From a virus: a stretch of 64,000 nucleotides of DNA. Positions 59,306-64,000 of this stretch are shown here, piece after piece. Position numbers and translations under genes: made by a program. The stretch covers positions 1 through 64,000 of the IMG/VR virus record IMGVR_UViG_3300037010_001275. One strand, 5' to 3'. Each line of letters begins with the position of its first letter. The stretch's first letter is position 1. Below the pieces are notes generated by a model. The model did no database searches. It was not told where the DNA came from and saw only the letters and a list, made by a program, of their open reading frames with translations.

Positions 59306-60455
59306 CAGTCATGTCGACCACGATGTTCTTAATCTCAGCACCGCAGTGACGGCAGATGGCGTCGGGCAACTTGTATTCGACCTTGTATTTGTCCATCTTC
59401 TCTTTGATTGCCTTGTCGAGGAACTTGCGATCCTCTGATGGGATATCGACGATGGCGCGTAGCTTGTCCTCGATAGTCTCAAGCTGGATGTACTCGACAT
59501 CACCCTGCGCGAAAGCGTGGATGTGCGGGATGTATAGCTCTTCGACGTACTTCAAGTACGTAAAGATCTCTGGCTCGTAGCCCTTGAAGGACTCAGCACG
59601 CTGCAGGGACTTCAGGTAGTCGTGCAGAGTCGGAGTGCCAATATCGGCGATGATCTTAGTCTGCGGTAGGATCACGCGATCCTTCATATTGACCACGGAG
59701 TGCTTAACCAGTTCCTCGGGTGTGTAGTTCTTGGACAGGATGTCCTGAATGTACGCACCAGTGGCGGCCTCGTCCTTGGCCTGAATCAGCAGTTCCTTGG
59801 AAATGCGGGCCTTGTTCTCCTTACCGCACTTTGGACAGGAAACATCATAGTCAGTCTCGTTCGGAAAGGTAGCGCAGTAGATGCCATAGATTAGGGTCTC
59901 GAAGTCGTTTTCAGCAGTAACCTTCAGCCAGTCATCGAAGCGGATCTTGCCGAGTGAGCCATTGACCATGTGTGTATAGACGAAGTTGAAGAGCTTCATG
60001 TTCTGCTCTTTTTCCGTCCCGGTGAACTTACGCACCTTAATCATGTCGTCGTTGTTCAGCGACCGGAACGCGGCACGATAACCGGACTGCAGTGCGATAA
60101 CGTCGTAGGAAGGCTTCAGAAACAGGGTCTCGAGCTCTTGGAAGACGCCGAGTGGGTTGGGGCTTTTGACGATTTTGATCTTACTCAGATCGACCTGAAC
60201 GTTGCTCAGGACCTTGTCACGCAGTGCCTCGCGAGAGACAGTATCGGCTTGCGGAGCCTCGGTGGCGGGCTGAACAACAGTTTCGTTCTGCTGGAGCTCG
60301 CCAGCTTCGTCGCGGGTAACTTGGGACGATGCCGTGGTTGAAGTGGTCTGTTCAACAGCGGCATTGGCGACCTCGGCGGGGCTTTGCTCAGGTTGCTGAG
60401 TCTGCCCGTTGATCATCTTGCTGAGATCTTCCATAGAGTTGATTTCCATTGCCAT
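59274..60455 (-). CDS. Baseplate hub / tail assembly chaperone (T4 gp26-like)
   Basis: CPKCG and CRHCG pairs, PTL.D. Adjacent to a gp25-like gene. Confidence 0.65.
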   Translation of the reverse strand: MAMEINSMEDLSKMINGQTQQPEQSPAEVANAAVEQTTSTTASSQVTRDEAGELQQNETVVQPATEAPQADTVSREALRDKVLSNVQVDLSKIKIVKSPNPLGVFQELETLFLKPSYDVIALQSGYRAAFRSLNNDDMIKVRKFTGTEKEQNMKLFNFVYTHMVNGSLGKIRFDDWLKVTAENDFETLIYGIYCATFPNETDYDVSCPKCGKENKARISKELLIQAKDEAATGAYIQDILSKNYTPEELVKHSVVNMKDRVILPQTKIIADIGTPTLHDYLKSLQRAESFKGYEPEIFTYLKYVEELYIPHIHAFAQGDVEYIQLETIEDKLRAIVDIPSEDRKFLDKAIKEKMDKYKVEYKLPDAICRHCGAEIKNIVVDMTETLFLSMVRA

Positions 60456-60613
60456 GTGCTTATCCTTTCGTGATTGGAAACGGTAATGTGACGGATGAAT
60501 GTCAGGGACTAAAGCGCTGTTTCACCTTTGAGCACTAGCAAAACTTCGGGCTGTAACTGGAACCTTGAACGCGAAGAAAACACCCTAAGCCCGAAAGGAG
60601 CTTAGGGTGTCTC

Positions 60614-61039
60614 TTAGAAGTAGAAGTCCGACTTTACGGAACTCCCCTTGTTGTTGGAACTAAACGTCAACGCAAAGGTGTCTTTCCCATCCACAGGTTT
60701 ACCAATGCGGAAAAAGATTACGAGGTACTCTTCTTTGGCAGTTCCAAGGTTCGACATTTTCACGTCGATGGCATCCACGGAGTCATTTGGAAGATAGGTC
60801 TCAACCTGACGATTAATCCGAGAACGGATCGACTCGAGAGTGTTCTCATCAGCGATCTCGTGTAGATAGGTTCCTATACCGACTCCAGCGTCAACGAGGT
60901 TAGGAATCGTCCCCGGCTCCATGAGAATGAGTGTCTGTAACCTGCGGGCTAAAGCGAGCATTCCCTTAATATTATGCGACGAGCGAAAAGCGTCCGGGAC
61001 AAACGTCGGCTCGTCCAATAGATCAGGGTTGGTGACCAT
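60614..61039 (-). CDS. Baseplate wedge protein (gp25-like)
   Basis: LIL.EPG..P...D.GVGI..YL.E, I...I..Q...YLP. Confidence 0.75.
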   Translation of the reverse strand: MVTNPDLLDEPTFVPDAFRSSHNIKGMLALARRLQTLILMEPGTIPNLVDAGVGIGTYLHEIADENTLESIRSRINRQVETYLPNDSVDAIDVKMSNLGTAKEEYLVIFFRIGKPVDGKDTFALTFSSNNKGSSVKSDFYF

Positions 61040-61048
61040 GATTTACAC

Positions 61049-61513
61049 TCAGGTGTTATCGCCAATGCGGTAGACGTTGTCGCCATTCTCGCCACCAGAA
61101 GAGCCACCGTTCTTTTGGCTCTCGAGGTGGTCGACGATGTTAAAGGACTGGGCTTTGGAGAGCAGGACCTTGAGGATACCGATGTGCTCCTGCATGTACT
61201 TCAGCTGGTCGCGCTTAGCAGTATCTTCCTTGCAACTTATACACTTGGTCTTAGTGAACTGCTTCTTCTCGAGCTCCTCCTCGGCGGCGCGAAGCGCGTC
61301 GCGGATACGCTCGATGACTTCAGTCTTCTCCTCATGTGTGTCGATGTTGACGACACGCTTGGCGAGGTAGTCGATCTCCTTAATGGAATAGCCCTTCAGC
61401 TTGCGGGCTGCCCACGACACGAAGCTCTCGTAGGAGAACTCCTCATTCATGATCTGCTGCTCCTGACGGGTGAGGAGAGCCTCTCTGTCCAGAATGATGT
61501 GTTTATCGAACAT
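61049..61513 (-). CDS. Hypothetical protein
   Basis: ORF in late operon. Confidence 0.6.
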   Translation of the reverse strand: MFDKHIILDREALLTRQEQQIMNEEFSYESFVSWAARKLKGYSIKEIDYLAKRVVNIDTHEEKTEVIERIRDALRAAEEELEKKQFTKTKCISCKEDTAKRDQLKYMQEHIGILKVLLSKAQSFNIVDHLESQKNGGSSGGENGDNVYRIGDNT

Positions 61514-61522
61514 GGTTGGTTC

Positions 61523-62014
61523 CTATGTGGTTGTGAGACGCAGGGTCGTCAAGCAACTGTCGTTGCGGACGAAGCCCATGCCTCGGATGTTGGTCAGAAG
61601 AATCTCGGAGAGCGGCCTTTTGTGGATGTCTACGAGACCGGAGGTCCCGAGGCGGTAGCCAGCATCGTATGCCTCGTCCGTGAGTTCCAGAAGCCCAAAA
61701 ATACTTGGATCCTTCGACTGGAACCTCTCGAGCAGCGGGATCGCCACGAACTCGCCCTTCGGGATGACGTGCCTGTTGAGGATGGTCCGCATCAGACTCT
61801 TCGAGAACGAGACGTGCAAATCCATCTCACGCTGAGTGTGGACCTCAGTCTTCCATTCGAGGAAGTTGCCACGGAAGAGACGATCCTTCATCTGATAATC
61901 AAGATCTACGACAAGTGCAATATCGTTTGTCGTGAAGATGCGTTCATCCAGGTCAAGCGTCAGGGTCTCCCGCTGAAAGAGGTCAAACACCTCCGGGTAA
62001 CTGAAAATTCTCAT
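61523..62014 (-). CDS. Hypothetical protein
   Basis: ORF in late operon. Confidence 0.55.
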   Translation of the reverse strand: MRIFSYPEVFDLFQRETLTLDLDERIFTTNDIALVVDLDYQMKDRLFRGNFLEWKTEVHTQREMDLHVSFSKSLMRTILNRHVIPKGEFVAIPLLERFQSKDPSIFGLLELTDEAYDAGYRLGTSGLVDIHKRPLSEILLTNIRGMGFVRNDSCLTTLRLTTT

Positions 62015-62044
62015 TGTGCTTTCCTTTTTCTTTTATTCTTTATG

Positions 62045-62758
62045 TCACGCCTCCAGCACCTTCTCTCTAAAATAGGCATTGAATGGCGTATAAACCTTAT
62101 CATTCACCTGAACGAAATCGAACCCCTCTCGGCGAGTGGCTTCAGCCTTCAGCTTCTCGAGTCTCTCGTCGCGTTTCTGGTAGTGCTCATTACCGCCCTT
62201 GATCTCGATGATCAGGTTCAGCGACGGGATGAAGAAGTCTGGAAGGTAAAACCTTGTCTTATCGCCGTCTTTATAGTAGATTGTTGGCGGCTCGGCAATG
62301 TATTCTCTCTTGAAGTGGTACACAGTCTCGAGGAAGTGGAGAAAGTGCGCCTCGTAGTTTCCCGTGACCGGAGTCTCAGACCCGTCCAGCCACTTGTAGG
62401 TCTGCGTGATGGAGCGCGAAGCCAGCATTTTCTTCTGATGCTCCGGCTCGTCTGTGATGTATACCTTACCGTACTTTTTCAACATCCGCGCCTTGAACTC
62501 CTCGCGGTACTGTTGTTTCTCGGTCTCCCCTGTGAACCGTTCGTAACGCTCAGTGACGGGGTTCCAGGCGGTCGGCTTACCGGAGATGACAGATCGTCCT
62601 TGCGTCTTGCCGTACTTGACGAAGAACCAGAACCGGGCCGGATCATCCCAACCGAGGTTCTCCATCTCACCCTTCTTGGTCTCAGCGATGTAGGCGTAGA
62701 GGGCTTGTTTCGACAGGAAAGTTTTCCCCTCATACTTGAATATCTTTTTCGCTGCCAT
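62045..62758 (-). CDS. PD-(D/E)xK nuclease (TnsA-N / T4 gp4-like)
   Basis: YE..F, YLPDFFIPSLNLIIEIKG. Confidence 0.75.
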   Translation of the reverse strand: MAAKKIFKYEGKTFLSKQALYAYIAETKKGEMENLGWDDPARFWFFVKYGKTQGRSVISGKPTAWNPVTERYERFTGETEKQQYREEFKARMLKKYGKVYITDEPEHQKKMLASRSITQTYKWLDGSETPVTGNYEAHFLHFLETVYHFKREYIAEPPTIYYKDGDKTRFYLPDFFIPSLNLIIEIKGGNEHYQKRDERLEKLKAEATRREGFDFVQVNDKVYTPFNAYFREKVLEA

Positions 62759-62905
62759 AACTTTTCCTATGATTAACGATCATGACGTTAGCACCGAGAT
62801 CTTCCATACTACTATTTTGTTACATAATGTAATTGGAAAACATAAGAATAATTCTAAGGATTTTGATGATAGATCCTTCCAACAGTTTCCAATCGAGGTT
62901 TCATC

Positions 62906-63355
62906 ATGATTACAGTATTGCTCAAGAACTGGAAGCTTGGCTTCTTCACGGTGCTCATACTTCTCGTGGCATTCTTTGCTTACCAATGGAAGTCTGCCAA
63001 GGCTGAGATTGCCGAACAAGCAGTCGTTCTCAACCGAAAGATATCGACCCTAGAAGAGACGCTGGCCCACAACCAAGACCAACTCAAGAAGGCTGAAGAA
63101 ATCAATGAAGAATATGAGCGGAACGCCGAAGCTCAGAAAGTAATCGAAAAAGCTAACACTGAGGCCAAAGACCGACTCAGTGTGAAGACTGGAAAGGTCG
63201 ACCGTACCAAGGCAGAGCTCACACAGGAGTCCTATTCTCAGATCCCCGAGAATCGGGTACTCTCCGCCGAGAGCGTGAACATTATGATCAAGCTCATAGA
63301 GACAGTCGATCCTCTGCTGCCCGTCGAATCTAATTCTAACGTCTCACAGGGATAA
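62906..63355 (+). CDS. Inner-membrane spanin (Rz-like)
   Basis: Single N-terminal TM helix followed by a coiled coil. Confidence 0.7.
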   Translation: MITVLLKNWKLGFFTVLILLVAFFAYQWKSAKAEIAEQAVVLNRKISTLEETLAHNQDQLKKAEEINEEYERNAEAQKVIEKANTEAKDRLSVKTGKVDRTKAELTQESYSQIPENRVLSAESVNIMIKLIETVDPLLPVESNSNVSQG

Positions 63356-63359
63356 GACC

Positions 63360-63701
63360 ATGAAAAAACTTATTATCATCATTACGGTGGCCCTTTCCCT
63401 CGTCGGCTGCGCCACAAACGGTGGAACCACTGTCGAGCGTGTTGACGTTAACATGACATCACGCAAGTTGCAGTTTGTCGAGTTGGATGAGGATATTCTC
63501 GCTGCCTGCAAGCAACCGCGCCCAATGGCCGAGCGTTTGCCTAGCCGCACTACCGGAAAGATCAAGGAGTCTGAGGTCGTGGCCGCTCTCGTGGAATCCT
63601 ACACGAACGAAGTAAACTGCTTCCTCGCGACAAGGGAGCTGTTCCGTCTGCAACGCGATGTTAAGTCCAAGCTTGAGAGTTCCTCCAATGACAACAAGTA
63701 A
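63360..63701 (+). CDS. Outer-membrane spanin lipoprotein (Rz1-like)
   Basis: Lipobox LVGC, then C..P and a later C, immediately after the i-spanin. Confidence 0.72.
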   Translation: MKKLIIIITVALSLVGCATNGGTTVERVDVNMTSRKLQFVELDEDILAACKQPRPMAERLPSRTTGKIKESEVVAALVESYTNEVNCFLATRELFRLQRDVKSKLESSSNDNK

Positions 63702-64000
63702 CGATCTGGTCGTACTGGCTCGGCGGGATGTCGCCGAGCTAATCGAGCACTGCCGGAAGATTGTCGTAAAGGACCAAGATTTAGCGGATTCGCTCGAAAC
63801 ATCTGAGAGTATGATCGAAGCGTCAAGATACCTCGAGGTTTACTATAAGATCGATAAGTACCCATACCACGAAATCATCAAGATGGCGATCCTCGAGAAA
63901 GTCATCGGACTAGACCGTGCCGAGGATACCGTACTAGCTGCAGATGTTCGTACGTCCATCGAGGCGATGACGGACATCACAAACCAGCAAAGGGCTGAGG
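63688..64000 (+). CDS. 5' part of a large (probably virion) protein, truncated by window end
   Basis: MTTSNDLVVLARRDV... frame open to 64000. Confidence 0.6.
   Translation, partial: MTTSNDLVVLARRDVAELIEHCRKIVVKDQDLADSLETSESMIEASRYLEVYYKIDKYPYHEIIKMAILEKVIGLDRAEDTVLAADVRTSIEAMTDITNQQRAE

Noticed and set aside
61115-62776. 553-aa plus-strand ORF
   Set aside because: Antisense shadow of three minus-strand genes that share one codon register. It has no recognisable motifs.

Overview
This window is a 64 kb segment of a jumbo myovirus of the PBS1/AR9/phiR1-37 (phiKZ-related) type. It encodes the following. (1) Three subunits of a multisubunit non-virion RNA polymerase: beta'-N, beta-C and a gp226-like sigma-type specificity factor. 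(2) Replication and recombination genes: NAD-ligase, GyrA/GyrB, primase, RNase H, RecA/UvsX and a Dda-like helicase. (3) A GroEL-like chaperonin. (4) Tail fibre, baseplate, spike and PAAR genes. (5) A two-component spanin pair, which implies a Gram-negative host. Main observations: about 14 copies of the AR9-type late promoter motif AAC[A/T/G]-N6-TA sit just upstream of structural and lysis genes, and a separate ATATAT[A/G]AT motif sits upstream of replication and early genes. The sigma-like subunit appears to keep the valine that makes AR9 require template-strand deoxyuridine, so this may be a uracil-DNA phage with an unusually GC-balanced genome. The beta-C gene is split by a 642-nt group I intron carrying a decayed HNH homing endonuclease. 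There is a probable -1 frameshift in a tail or baseplate chaperone gene, a ~2 kb island flanked by a duplicated ligA 3' end, and several decayed genes. Similarities to AR9 proteins are from recalled sequences, not from a search, and need confirming. No tRNA, rRNA or CRISPR array was seen.
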